Origin: Andalucia godoyi And28
Taxonomy: Eukaryota > Protista > Jakobida
NCBI GenBank assembly: GCA_009859145.1
Contig: VRVR01000013.1
Coordinates: 148,786 to 212,785, forward strand
Direction of reading: 5' to 3'
Length of the DNA stretch: 64,000 nucleotides
This document shows positions 53,996 through 64,000 of this stretch, piece after piece. How positions within the stretch are numbered: position 1 is the stretch's first letter; each line of letters begins with the position of its first letter. The translations under genes and the position numbers were made by a program. The notes under the pieces are model-generated. The model was not told the DNA's origin, made no database searches, and worked only from the letters and a program-made list of their open reading frames with translations.

Positions 53996-54320
53996 GATTA
54001 GTCATGAAAGCCACTCCCGCGATTTGGAGGAAAAGAATGCGAAAGAGACTGGAAAGCTGAAAAGCTGAAATCAGAAACATTTGCGATTTGCCAAGACACA
54101 CCAAAGTAAGTAGTTGATTGGTGATTGCGTGAGATTGAAAGTTGACTATTGAAAACTCTGAGTGCGCTGCGGACGGCACGTTTTCGGTAAAGTTGATGGG
54201 TGTGAGATTTTCGAAAAGAAACCGCGCCTCTTCTTTTAATTTAAGGATGATTCGTTTCATTAATTCATTTCCCCCACTTTCGTTCCTGTTTCATGACTTT
54301 CCGTTCCGAGTTCTGACTGC

Positions 54321-54382
54321 CGAGTTGCAACTCGCAACTAGCAAGACGTAAGACGCAACTCGCAAGACGTAAGACGCAAATC
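54321..54382. repeat. 14-bp perfect palindrome plus 2 x 21-bp tandem repeat
   Basis: CGAGTTGCAACTCG (54321-54334); GCAAGACGTAAGACGCAA(C/A)TC at 54341-54361 and 54362-54382. Confidence 0.85.
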
Positions 54383-54462
54383 GAAAATGGTTATTTGGCA
54401 ACAGGAACAGGCAACTATCGCCCAGTAACAGAGTAGAAATGAAAAATGGAGCAAGACACCTA

Positions 54463-54860
54463 CATTGTACACTAACCACGGATAATCATCGCTGATCAAC
54501 CATAATCAATGTTGCAACCCAACAACATGCATAGCATGATTGGGAAGGGGGGTAGGCCCCAACACGCCCCCGGCATACGAGACGTTCTCAAGATAGATGT
54601 TGCACACGCCGTTCCAATCGCGGTCGAGCGTGCATGTGCACGATGGGCAACAAAACACCACCTTGTTTCCACACAACTTGCGACGCATTTCCCCCCGCAA
54701 CGGCCGCACGCTTTAGATGTGTACTCCTCCGTCACAAGTCACAATCGACACCTGCCGCCCTGCGAATTCGCGCGATTTGCAGAGCATCCGCTGTTGGAAT
54801 TGATAATGGCCCCGTGTCAACATCTGCCGCGCAGTTGTTGCCTTGGCGATCTTTCCTGGC
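54463..54860 (-). pseudogene. Fanzor2/TnpB-like nuclease relic with two frameshifts, plus 3' non-coding tail
   Basis: Reassembled: KIAKATTARQMLTRGHYQFQQRMLCKSREFAGRQVSIV-TEEYTSKACGRCG-EMRRKLCGNKVVFCCPSCTCTLDRDWNGVCNIYLEN...VLGPTP. Lesions are a 7-nt tandem duplication at 54731-54744 and a C6 run at 54691-54696. Confidence 0.88.
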
Positions 54861-55203
54861 GGCGGCCCAGCGCCGGAAAGTGGCGGTGGAGATTGTCATG
54901 GGTCTTGCCGCAGCATTGCGGGCGTGACGGACATGGTGCGTTGCATGGACAATAAAAACAAAAACAAAAATAAGAAATGAGCGTCGCTGTGCGAGAATGC
55001 AACGCGGCGGCGTGCTTATAGGGATTTCATGATCAAAATGGTGGGCGAAACGAATCGGGCATCGTGTGACGAAGTTGCCAAGATAGCAAACGCATGCGCA
55101 TGGCGCGTGGCAGTCGTTTTGTTTTACGTGCGCTTTAGATTGCTTCATCATATCGCAATAAGTGGCAGCGGTGCATTGCCTATCTTACTTTTTTCTTCTT
55201 CTT

Positions 55204-55911
55204 TTACTGAAGAACGGGAGCTTGTTGCTTGGAGATCACATCCTTCAAAAATGCAGCGAGCACTTCATCAACCTGCGATTCCTCGCCGTTGTCGCCTTCC
55301 TCTGTTCTAGAATTTTCGAGGAGAGTTTCAAAAAAGGGCTTCAGCTCCAAGTACCCTCTGGGTCCGAAAGTAATTTCATCCCCCGTCTGTTCAACCCACC
55401 GATCTTCCAAGAGCTTTTGCATCACTGCACTTCTTTTCTTGTCATTCAAGAGATCTTGGCAATGCAGAATAATCGACCCTTTGTCCCGTTTGCCTCCCAT
55501 TTCTGCAAGATACGTAAACATCCTCTTGATGAACTCCATCTCTGCAGAGTCAAAACCTGTTGCCAATTTTGAAATCTCATCTTCCAACGTATTTGTCAAT
55601 CCAAAAAACCTATCTCTCTTTAAAACTACCATTCGATAATCCATCCCATACTGATGTAGAATTTCAATGCACTGCTTCAAAATGGAAGGACCATCGCGGT
55701 CAACCACAAACGCACCTTGCCCGAACAAATCCATCGATGTTCTAATTGCTTCAAGTAGCTCGGCAAGAGTCATTAGTGGTTTCACAAGAATCTTCTGCAG
55801 AAGCGATTGCTCCGTTTTGGTCCTGCGGTCACATTGCGACCATATCGGATGCAGCCCATCCAAACCCCCTCCAGAATGCGAGGGCACAGATTGTGTGGGC
55901 TGAGAGGACAT
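55204..55911 (-). CDS. NSE1: SMC5/6 complex subunit NSE1 (winged-helix part; no in-frame RING)
   Basis: FGLTNTLEDEISKLATGFDSAEMEFIKRM and KLLEDRWV...GPRGYLEL match NSE1 winged-helix motifs. Confidence 0.8.
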   Translation of the reverse strand: MSSQPTQSVPSHSGGGLDGLHPIWSQCDRRTKTEQSLLQKILVKPLMTLAELLEAIRTSMDLFGQGAFVVDRDGPSILKQCIEILHQYGMDYRMVVLKRDRFFGLTNTLEDEISKLATGFDSAEMEFIKRMFTYLAEMGGKRDKGSIILHCQDLLNDKKRSAVMQKLLEDRWVEQTGDEITFGPRGYLELKPFFETLLENSRTEEGDNGEESQVDEVLAAFLKDVISKQQAPVLQ

Positions 55912-56139
55912 GTGTGTATCAAAAGCACTTAAAGCCGCTTCGCATCGAAAAAAACAACCACAATAACAATAATAACAAAACGAAGAAAGGGAGGGGAAAT
56001 GGAAGACAAAAAGAAGGGAAAATGGTGGGAAATTGCGGGAAATTTTTTGAGAGGGAAAAGAGGCCTGTAAGGAAAAAACGTTTACGACAGCACGATGTCC
56101 AACAACGGAGTCAGATTTCCATTCTGTTTTTCATCCTCG

Positions 56140-56445
56140 GCTCGCCAAAAAAAAGACATGAATCATGATTGATCATCATCGGCTAGGTGTCACCGAAGAC
56201 AGGTCCAAGCCGCATGTTTTGCTCTGCTTCTTAAATTAGGACCAACTCTTCCATGCAGATTGCTCTGCATCAAAGGGTCATCGCTTCGCTTCTTCATCTT
56301 ACTCTTCGCCTCCGACGAGAGGGCATCAACGGGTTTCTTGGTTCTCGCATGGCCAGTTTGAGTTTGTTGGGAAGACCCCTCTTTGGAGCCATGCGATGTT
56401 TTTGTCTCTGACGAGGAGGTGCTGCTTGAGGGTTCAATAGAAAAA
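56140..56445 (-). repeat. 306-bp dispersed element, copy B
   Basis: Inverted near-identical copy of 42841-43146. Confidence 0.92.
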
Positions 56446-56856
56446 AACAAAACAAGCAGAAAGAAGAATAGAAAGAATGAACAAACAGTGAAGAATGAAA
56501 AGAAATACTGGACTTGACTACGGTAAGAAAATCGTATTGTTTGATGTTCAACGTTGATACACAAAGCTATCAACCGTTTCCTTCTGCATTTCTGCAAACC
56601 TCTGTGCCTTCCAGGAAAAAGAAGACTCACGGCATTCTCAGAATTCCGAGAGGGCATGAGAAAAGAGTCAATGTGCATGGTCCAAACCAACTCTTCAGAC
56701 TGTTGTCCGGTTCCTCATCTTTTTTTTTTTTTTTTTGGGCAGCGAATGGCGAAACAAGTCCAAGAAGAAACCCAATCGATCGAGAAAACGGAAAACAGAC
56801 ACCGGAACAGCATTCCAGCAATCTTTTTTTAAATAAAGGAACGAGCTTGAAGATCA

Positions 56857-58569
56857 TTATTGCAAATTCTGAGAATGCTGATACGAGGGATAGGGGATTC
56901 CGGGAGAGGGATTGGGAAGATGACGTTGCTGTTGCATATGAGAGGGAATCGGAACACCGCTTGCATGTTCTTGGGGACGGAAGGGCGGGAACGGATGAGA
57001 TGGAAAGAGAAAGGGTGCTGACATGGGCTGTAAATGCGAAGCGGGATGCGGAGGAAAGCCCGGCATTACTGGCCCTCCATACGGAATAACAGGAGGAAAA
57101 GAATTAGGTTGAAACGGGGCTGCTTCTGTCCGGATTTTTCCTTTGAATGGTAATCCGGAATTGGAACTGTCCATCGAAATTGGGGCATTCGAAGAAACCG
57201 CAGCAGAAGACGCAGACGCTACTGTGAGTGGGGCGGTACCAGGGACGTACTCTGCAGCGTCCACTTTGAGCTTGAATCTCGACGGTTTTGCGCTCCCTGC
57301 CGCAGGCTTCGACGCGGACGTTGCTTGGGATGTGTCGCCAGTAGGCACTGGAGCACCCGCAGCAGCACCCGTTGAAGCGGGAACTGGCGGGCCTGCAGTA
57401 ACAACTGCAGCCTTCTCTAATGTGGACGCAACTGAAACAGTAGAGACGACTGGACTGGATGCCCTTTCTTCTGGAGAGGCTCCAGTTCTCGCAGCCGGAG
57501 CAACAGGAGTAGCAGTAGCAGAAACAGAAGCAGGAACAGGCACCGGTGATGGCAGGGGCGCTGCAACAGATGCTGATGCAGGAGCCTTCCTCGAATCTGC
57601 AGTCTTTTCCTCGGGGGCATTGCCTTTCGAACTTGACAGAGTCGTGGTGGACACGGCCTGGGTCTTTTGTGGCGGCGCAGTTGATGCAGACGTTGTTCCT
57701 AAAACAATGCGGGCATACGAGGAGCTTCCAGAAGGCGGAGCGGCAGTCTGAGAGGCTGATTTTTGGGTGACTGCAGAGGGTGCCGCTGCAGATGGCGTGC
57801 TAGCCGATGATGCAGAGGCCGTTGCAGGGGTGGATTTCTTGTTCGACGACGGACCGGAAGCACCATTTCGGATGACGGCACCATATCGTTCTTCCTCGTC
57901 AATTTCCTCGTTCTCCAGTCCACGTTCCTCTCGAAGATGCACATTATCCGAGCCACCATTCGCGAGAATCTCAGCTTCTATCTTGGAGGCACGGCTCGCA
58001 TTCTTCTTATAAAACTCGGAATCTCGATCAAGAGCCGTTGTGTACAGGGATTCTTCATAATTGGAACGAACTCCGAATCGTTCTTCATTCGCTTTGAATT
58101 GGTCCCAACTGCGAGATCCAGAAAGCGATCCGAGGCTAGCATCCACTGGGGCACCAGAATCCCACTTTTGCATATTGCGAAAGCGGTCGTCCACATCACG
58201 GTATCCTTTTCCAGAGCGCTTGGACCCGATTTCTGAGTCCACACCAACTTCTCCATGGCCCTTGGCAGCAGCACGGGACTCCGCACCTGCCAGCAAAGCC
58301 ACATCCTCCACGGTGGACAAGGACAGAACATCGGCATATGCCAGTTGAACGGTCTTGTGAACAACGACCTTGGAGGACAGGTCTTGAGGATTGATTTCCA
58401 CAGCTGCATTCAGGAGAAGCCCTTTCGATGCATCGATGGAGACCAGCAATCCTCGAATTGCATTCTTGTGGACGGATGACCGAACCTCGACAAGTCGTCC
58501 AATCAGCATGGCTGCGATCCATGCAAATCGGTCAGCAGACGCACCGGATGCCGCAGAAGACGGTTTCAT
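56857..58569 (-). CDS. ATXN2: Ataxin-2/Pbp1 homolog
   Basis: N-terminal LSm domain; LsmAD WDQFKANEERFGVRSNYEESLYTTALD...EEERYGAVIR; PAM2-like KLKVDAAEYVP and RTEAAPFQP. Confidence 0.92.
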   Translation of the reverse strand: MKPSSAASGASADRFAWIAAMLIGRLVEVRSSVHKNAIRGLLVSIDASKGLLLNAAVEINPQDLSSKVVVHKTVQLAYADVLSLSTVEDVALLAGAESRAAAKGHGEVGVDSEIGSKRSGKGYRDVDDRFRNMQKWDSGAPVDASLGSLSGSRSWDQFKANEERFGVRSNYEESLYTTALDRDSEFYKKNASRASKIEAEILANGGSDNVHLREERGLENEEIDEEERYGAVIRNGASGPSSNKKSTPATASASSASTPSAAAPSAVTQKSASQTAAPPSGSSSYARIVLGTTSASTAPPQKTQAVSTTTLSSSKGNAPEEKTADSRKAPASASVAAPLPSPVPVPASVSATATPVAPAARTGASPEERASSPVVSTVSVASTLEKAAVVTAGPPVPASTGAAAGAPVPTGDTSQATSASKPAAGSAKPSRFKLKVDAAEYVPGTAPLTVASASSAAVSSNAPISMDSSNSGLPFKGKIRTEAAPFQPNSFPPVIPYGGPVMPGFPPHPASHLQPMSAPFLFPSHPFPPFRPQEHASGVPIPSHMQQQRHLPNPSPGIPYPSYQHSQNLQ

Positions 58570-59410
58570 TCACAAGCCCTCCACAATGTAAATACCTCCA
58601 ACAAGAATAAATCAAGAACGAGGGCAAGAAGAAAAAGAGAAAAGAGAGAAAAGAGAGAAGAAGCACAAGAATAAGAAAACATTCGGGGGACTTCTCAACA
58701 ACAGGCCATCCTCCCAAGATACGATTGGAAATTGTCATTTTCAAAGCCTCTGACATCTTTTGTCAGACTGCGAAAGTAAAAGAAAATTCTATTTGAAAAA
58801 GGGATGGCTGTCCTTTCATTCTCCTCGCTTTTTCCTTTCTTTTCCTTTCTTTTCTCTTTCTTTCCTTTCTTTTCTTTTCTCGACAATGTCGATTTGAGTG
58901 TCTCGATAGCGACTCCGATGTGTTAGTATCGGAGCATTTTTTTTAAAATTCGAATTTAGGTATGTTTTGTGGCTTGCTTGTTGTTCATCCTTTCCCTTTT
59001 GGGACTTTTTTTATGTTTTTATTTTAATGACGAGGAGGCCTCGGAAGCAGATGATGTGATGATATATGTTAGCGATGGGCTGTATGATCCCTGATTAGAA
59101 ACCGCTATGTGTACAATTTTATGTCTGATTATCTGTCTTTATTTCCGGGGGATTCTCACCTGCTTTGTGGCTCGTCATCATGGATTGATCTAACTTTGTT
59201 TTCATTTTCAAGTGGGTTTTTTTTCCCCTTCTCCCCCTTCTCCTGGGGAACACCCCACCTCCACTCCCCCAATCCTTGCAAAACAAAACATTTAAATTAA
59301 AAAAAAGTAAAGTCCGTGAACGAAAGCATCCTGTACATTCCAACAAAAATAAAGACATAAATATAACAGTAGTCAACGAAGTCCAAGATTCCCTGACATG
59401 GACCACGTCG

Positions 59411-59824
59411 TCATCCCGATTCTTCGTCTGACAGGTCTTCGCGCTGCTCTGGCGGTTCTGCTGTCTCTGCAGTAGCCGCAGCGGAAGCGGACCCTGATTG
59501 TCGCAGATGGCTGAGTTCGGACTGCAGCGACCTGATCTTTGCTTCCAAAGCTGCTTTGCGAGAAACCAGGTTTGACTCTTGTTCACGAAGCAATGTGACC
59601 TGTTGGATTTGACGAAGAAGCCCGATCATTTCAAGCTGTCGCACACGAGCCTCCAATGCCCGGGCTTGCGCACATTGGACTGCAACTTCGCTCTTCATTC
59701 TGTTGAGATGCTGCTGAACATCCGCCTCTTTCCGCGACTGCTCTGTGAACAAAATTGCACACAAGTACGGCCGCAGGAGATCCACATGCTCCAGATTGCT
59801 TGCGTCAAACATTCGCGGAGGCAA
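59411..59824 (-). CDS. Small coiled-coil hypothetical protein, 5' end uncertain
   Basis: Heptad-rich ORF. A likely acceptor TTTTAG just upstream suggests a further 5' exon that was not resolved. Confidence 0.55.
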   Translation of the reverse strand: MPPRMFDASNLEHVDLLRPYLCAILFTEQSRKEADVQQHLNRMKSEVAVQCAQARALEARVRQLEMIGLLRQIQQVTLLREQESNLVSRKAALEAKIRSLQSELSHLRQSGSASAAATAETAEPPEQREDLSDEESG

Positions 59825-60219
59825 TTTAAAAAACCTAAAAGAGAACCCAGTGCATGAATATATATATGTATATACATATATTATTATTTTTTTGAACCAG
59901 AAGGGATGCGTCGAAGGCGAGGATGGGAATCATGATGGGAATCGTGAATCACGATTCGTCAGCTGCTGTAACCCCGCCAGACGCACAGGAGAGCAGAAAA
60001 GGAAACGATTTCTCTCGAAACGGGTGCGACTCTTCCCGCCGGGTCGTAACAAACCAAAAAGAAAATATTAAAATATTAAAATAAATATTAAATAAAGACA
60101 GACAACACAGACTCGCAAGGAAAAGCAAAACCCCCCAGGATTGCGGAGAGCCAACCCCTGTGACCTGTCCATTTCATTGACGTGGCTGCCTGGTTCGTTC
60201 GCATTTCAATGGCCTCTTC

Positions 60220-62130
60220 ATGAAATCCTCAGTACATAGAAGTTTCTCTCCGTTGATTGCGGTGAACTCGGTAGGCCAAGTCGCAATTGCAACACGTATG
60301 TGCATTACATTCAGTAGACCTCTTTGCATTCTGAACTGTTCGATTTTCGTCTAATCTGCAGCTTTTTTTAACGATTGTTATGACTACGTTGATGATGATG
60401 ATGATTTGGCGCTCGACGTTTGTATAGCACGTGCGATTCATTTTTCGTGGGTACCGGCTTGCTGGGCATACCCGCCGTCGTTTGGGTATCCAAAGTTTTT
60501 GCAATTTTTTGGAAATCAGCTGGTGGTGGTTACAACTTCGGGAACTTGCCACTTGTTTGAAAACTATGCAGCAAATCCAGTTCCCATTCTCACATCGCGA
60601 CCCGTACGACATGTTTGTGCGTCATCAGGCCATCGCATGCTTGTCGTTTCGGAAGATTGCAATGTTTTTATGTTTCACAGAGACTCGTTGCCGTCACAAA
60701 GTCAAAGGGAGCCGTCCTTGCGCGCTGTGAAACTGGATTTCTTGGATAACAAGGCAATTCGACGAGTCGGTTCTTCCGAGGCGATCGGAATTGCTCTCTC
60801 AAAGGATGGTTCTGTTTTTGTGTGGTTTTGGAGTAATCCTGAGCCAACACTCCGTCATATTACCCCTCCAGTACCTTTCAAGAGTATTTCGGTTTCGGAA
60901 CGGACGAACTATGTGTTGTTTCGGACTGTGGACGGACAAGTGTTTTCTTGTGGATCGGGAAAATACGGTGTCTTGGGTCATGGGGGATACGGAAATGAGT
61001 TTGTTCCTCGAAAGTTGGTCGCGCTGAATGGCGTCGAAGTCGCTACCGTTGCAGCTGCGAACACGTTTGCTCTGTGTTTGTCTTCGGAAGGTCGCTGTTA
61101 TCGATGGGGAACCTTTGGCAAATCCGAAGTTGTGCATTTGCCACAGGAAGTCGAGTCCACTGGATCGACAAATGTTGCTGCGGCTGCGGGAAGCTCCAAT
61201 GGTGTCATCTTATCGTTTTCATTGTCCGTAGATTTCTTCTGGTCGGAACAGGGCATTAACCGTGCTCGCTATAGTGAATGCGAAGAGCTCACGTTGCGGC
61301 TTCGCTCAGAAGAGCAGTCTTCATCGGAAAATATGTTTTTCGACTCTTTGATGAGGAGACATTTTGAGAAACGAGATTCCTCCGAGACGTCACATCTCGC
61401 TCGAAATCCAGAGTCTCGCTCTTCCCCAGAACCATTCCGCCGACCTTCTCCGAGAGGGAGAGGACCGATTGACAACTCAAAGAAAAGACGAGATCTGTCG
61501 TTTTACGCTGTTGATATCGAGAAGAATCTAGAAGACATTGATGCTGAACTGAACAGAATCCGGCACACTTTGGTGGGAAAGCCCGGTGTGCGACCCCACG
61601 GACAGGCAGAGCACATACGCAGTGATTCGCTTGCAGAACGAAGGTCTTCTTTCTCGCCTCCGAATCGGCTGGTCATCGAAGACAACGGGGAGGCGGTGGA
61701 GGCAAGTTATGGCTCCGAGATTTTATGGAAGTCGGCTGATGATCAGTCGTCCACGGGTGCGGACTCTTATGATGCGCTCGCTGCGGAAATTGATTATCTC
61801 TCTGACGCTCTGGCAGAGCGAGATGGAGAGCTTGCTGTGTGGAAGGTTGCAGGGAAACGGCTGATGGAACTTTTGCAGGCAGAAAAGGCTTCGCATGCCA
61901 GGATGCAGAAAGAAGTATCTGACCTTCGACAAATGATGTTGAACAAGGAGCAGCTTCTCCAAAGACAGTTGACCCGATCGAATGCTTGGATCGAGGAAGT
62001 TCAGACTTTGGAGAGAACATCAAAGGCTCTCATTGAGAGTAAGAATTCGCAAATCAAATCATTGCAAAACCAGGTAGATTCGCTTTCTCGAAAGATCGAA
62101 ACTTTACATGTAAAGCAGGGGCATCCTTGA
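60220..62130 (+). CDS. RCC1-repeat protein with C-terminal coiled coil, exons 60220-60295 and 60362-62130
   Basis: The intron GTATGT...CTAAT...CAG joins in frame. RCC1 repeat GQVFSCGSGKYGVLGHG...VAAANTFALCLSSEGRCYRWG. Confidence 0.8.
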
Positions 62131-62145
62131 ACTTTTTCTCCTCGA

Positions 62146-63468
62146 TCAAGGCTGTGGAAGTCCCCAAAATCGTCCTCTGCAATCGTGCGAACACGAGAAA
62201 AAGGCCATTTCAGTGGGTGATGCTGCGATCCAGCGGATGTTTGCAGTGTGCCCGGAGAGAACAAACACCTTCTCTGATGTTCTGACGTTCCAGACGACAA
62301 TCGAATTGGTACGCTCGTCTGTAGAAAACACCAGCTGCTCGTTAAATGACATTGTCGCGACGCAGGGATGTTTGGCAACAAAGTTCCTTGATGAATTGGA
62401 CGACTGGATGTTGGACAAGTTGAATTCTCGGACAGGGGCAGGATTTCCCGATGAGGTTAGGAGCGAACGGATGTCGAAAAGCCTAGCCACACCATCTCGC
62501 CCAGAAGTCAGGAGGAAGCGACCTGACTTTGACCAGCAAACAGAGTTGACTTCAAACCCGCCATGAATACGTGGCATTTCAAAAGCCAATTCTCCAGAAA
62601 CCGTCCCCCACAACTTGACGACGCCGTCTCTGCCAGCGGTCGCAAAGAGCTCGGCAGTAGGAGAATACCGGACACAACCGATACCGGGATACGCATGTCC
62701 CACTCCCTTCGTTGCCTGGTACCGCACTTGCTGACTTGATGCAATGTCAATGAGCACAAGATCGGAATCAGAGCCAGCAAGCAAAAAGTCTCCTGATGGG
62801 TGGATATCGAGCGTCTTCACACTGGTGGTGTTCGTCTGATAGGAGCGAAGCTTTCCTCTTCTGCTCGAAGCACTTCGAGAACAGTCAAAGACCAACACAG
62901 ACGAATCATCCGAAGCAGAAAACAACAGCTGTTCTCTTGGATGAAACACAACTTCGTTGATTGGTTTTCCGCGTTCAAGGTCTTTCCAGGTTGCAATAAC
63001 AGGATGTTTGTCTTTTGAAGAGCTGTCGCCACGATCGTACGTCCGGACTTTCTCGACATCAATAAGCTTGATACTCTGATCGGATGACCCCGTAGCGCAA
63101 AGTCTTCCATCGGCACTGAAAGCACAGGTATTGATTTCTCCTTGATGGGTCGTGAGATACCAGGTTGAGAAAGATGACGCTGGCAAGGAGAGACCGACAG
63201 AGGAGCTTTCGTCCAGAACTTCTTCAACGCTCGTGACTCCCGAAGAATGCAAGGCGCTTCCATTTCCACGCTGCGCTTGTTCCAGAGCTGACCTTTCGCG
63301 ATGCACACTGAGGCCTTCTTGAACTAAGGAGGAGAGAAACCCGGTTGGGACAGACGGATCTGGGGTGACCATCGTCGCTGCGGATACCTGCTGAGCGGCT
63401 CCTACGTAGCCATCCGCAAGCAACTGCGCAATGATCAGCTGATACAAATACGCAGACCGAGTAGACAT
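62146..63468 (-). CDS. CSTF1: Cleavage stimulation factor 50 kDa subunit
   Basis: N-terminal dimerisation motif LYQLIIAQLLADGY; WD40 repeats beginning YLTTHQGEINTCAFSADG...ATGSSDQSIKLIDVEK; FHPREQLL and IHPSGDFLLAG. Confidence 0.9.
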   Translation of the reverse strand: MSTRSAYLYQLIIAQLLADGYVGAAQQVSAATMVTPDPSVPTGFLSSLVQEGLSVHRERSALEQAQRGNGSALHSSGVTSVEEVLDESSSVGLSLPASSFSTWYLTTHQGEINTCAFSADGRLCATGSSDQSIKLIDVEKVRTYDRGDSSSKDKHPVIATWKDLERGKPINEVVFHPREQLLFSASDDSSVLVFDCSRSASSRRGKLRSYQTNTTSVKTLDIHPSGDFLLAGSDSDLVLIDIASSQQVRYQATKGVGHAYPGIGCVRYSPTAELFATAGRDGVVKLWGTVSGELAFEMPRIHGGFEVNSVCWSKSGRFLLTSGRDGVARLFDIRSLLTSSGNPAPVREFNLSNIQSSNSSRNFVAKHPCVATMSFNEQLVFSTDERTNSIVVWNVRTSEKVFVLSGHTANIRWIAASPTEMAFFSCSHDCRGRFWGLPQP

Positions 63469-63770
63469 TATTTACAATGAGTTCACACAGCCACGGGACA
63501 ACGATCGCTCACCGAATCAATATTCAATTTCTACAATAATTCAAGAAGACCGTCCTCTTCACGCGCAGGCTTATTTGCCGTCGACCGCTTTTTTTTTTTT
63601 TTTTTTGGTGCAGAAATGTCGCAGCATGATGTGTACAGCAGTTGGAAGAGTGAGAAACTGATGCCAACCACGAGGGTTTCATTTCGACGTGGTGACGAGT
63701 GCAGAATGCTGGGTGTTACGGAAGATTCTTCTACTTCGGCAAATATTCGAACCGCTGCACAACTCGGAAA

Positions 63771-64000
63771 ATGCTGGAAGACGTTTTGGAGCAAGATCTC
63801 GAAGTGAAACAAGCTCTGTTTCGGCTGGAGCAGCTGCTCAAACGTTCGGAGAGTCTTTCGTCGAACCGAACGCAGTCCGCCGAGGCAAACCTGATGCACA
63901 AAGCGGGAGCACCCGAGCCGAGAACCGAGAATGTGCAAAAATCCGAATGGAAAATTCACGGTTTTTTGGATGATCGTGGTCGACGCAGTTTCGAGAAGCA
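63771..64000 (+). CDS. Possible 5' part of a hypothetical gene running off the window
   Basis: Open frame MLEDVLEQDLEVKQALFRLEQLLKRS... continues to the window end; start uncertain. Confidence 0.35.
   Translation, partial: MLEDVLEQDLEVKQALFRLEQLLKRSESLSSNRTQSAEANLMHKAGAPEPRTENVQKSEWKIHGFLDDRGRRSFEK

Noticed and set aside
54321-54382. CRISPR-like mini-array
   Set aside because: Two adjacent units with no spacers, in a eukaryotic locus with no cas genes; a simple tandem repeat.
43147-56139. Composite transposon carrying the segment between the inverted repeats
   Set aside because: The cargo includes core housekeeping genes (DRC10, NSE1), and there is no intact transposase or target-site duplication. 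Independent insertions are more parsimonious.

Overview
Gene-dense, intron-poor nuclear DNA from a flagellated microbial eukaryote. It encodes IFT122, CFAP100, DRC10/IQCD and beta-tubulin, and has microsatellite-rich intergenic spacers and introns with GTATG donors. A jakobid/Discoba-like bacterivorous protist is my guess, not a demonstrated assignment. About 30 protein-coding genes are supported, mostly housekeeping (VPS36, V-ATPase e, ABCG, mitochondrial carrier, MSH4, calreticulin, TRAPPC13, NSE1, ataxin-2, CstF-50 and others). The main findings are: (1) two clear and one probable decayed Fanzor2/TnpB-like relics (~4.8 kb, ~54.6 kb, ~35.7 kb) that share the nuclease C-terminus and a conserved non-coding 3' tail, a candidate omegaRNA/right end; (2) a giant (~2650 aa, 5 exons) secreted protein with ~22 alternating IPT/TIG-like repeats ending in a probable catalytically degenerate GH25 lysozyme-like domain; (3) a secreted peptidoglycan-binding plus YkuD/L,D-transpeptidase-like enzyme; (4) a 306-bp unclassified element in two near-identical inverted copies 13 kb apart, plus a diverged third copy; (5) a MYDGF-like gene next to calreticulin, whose promoter has UPRE-like sites. 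All family assignments come from motif recognition by eye. No database search was run.
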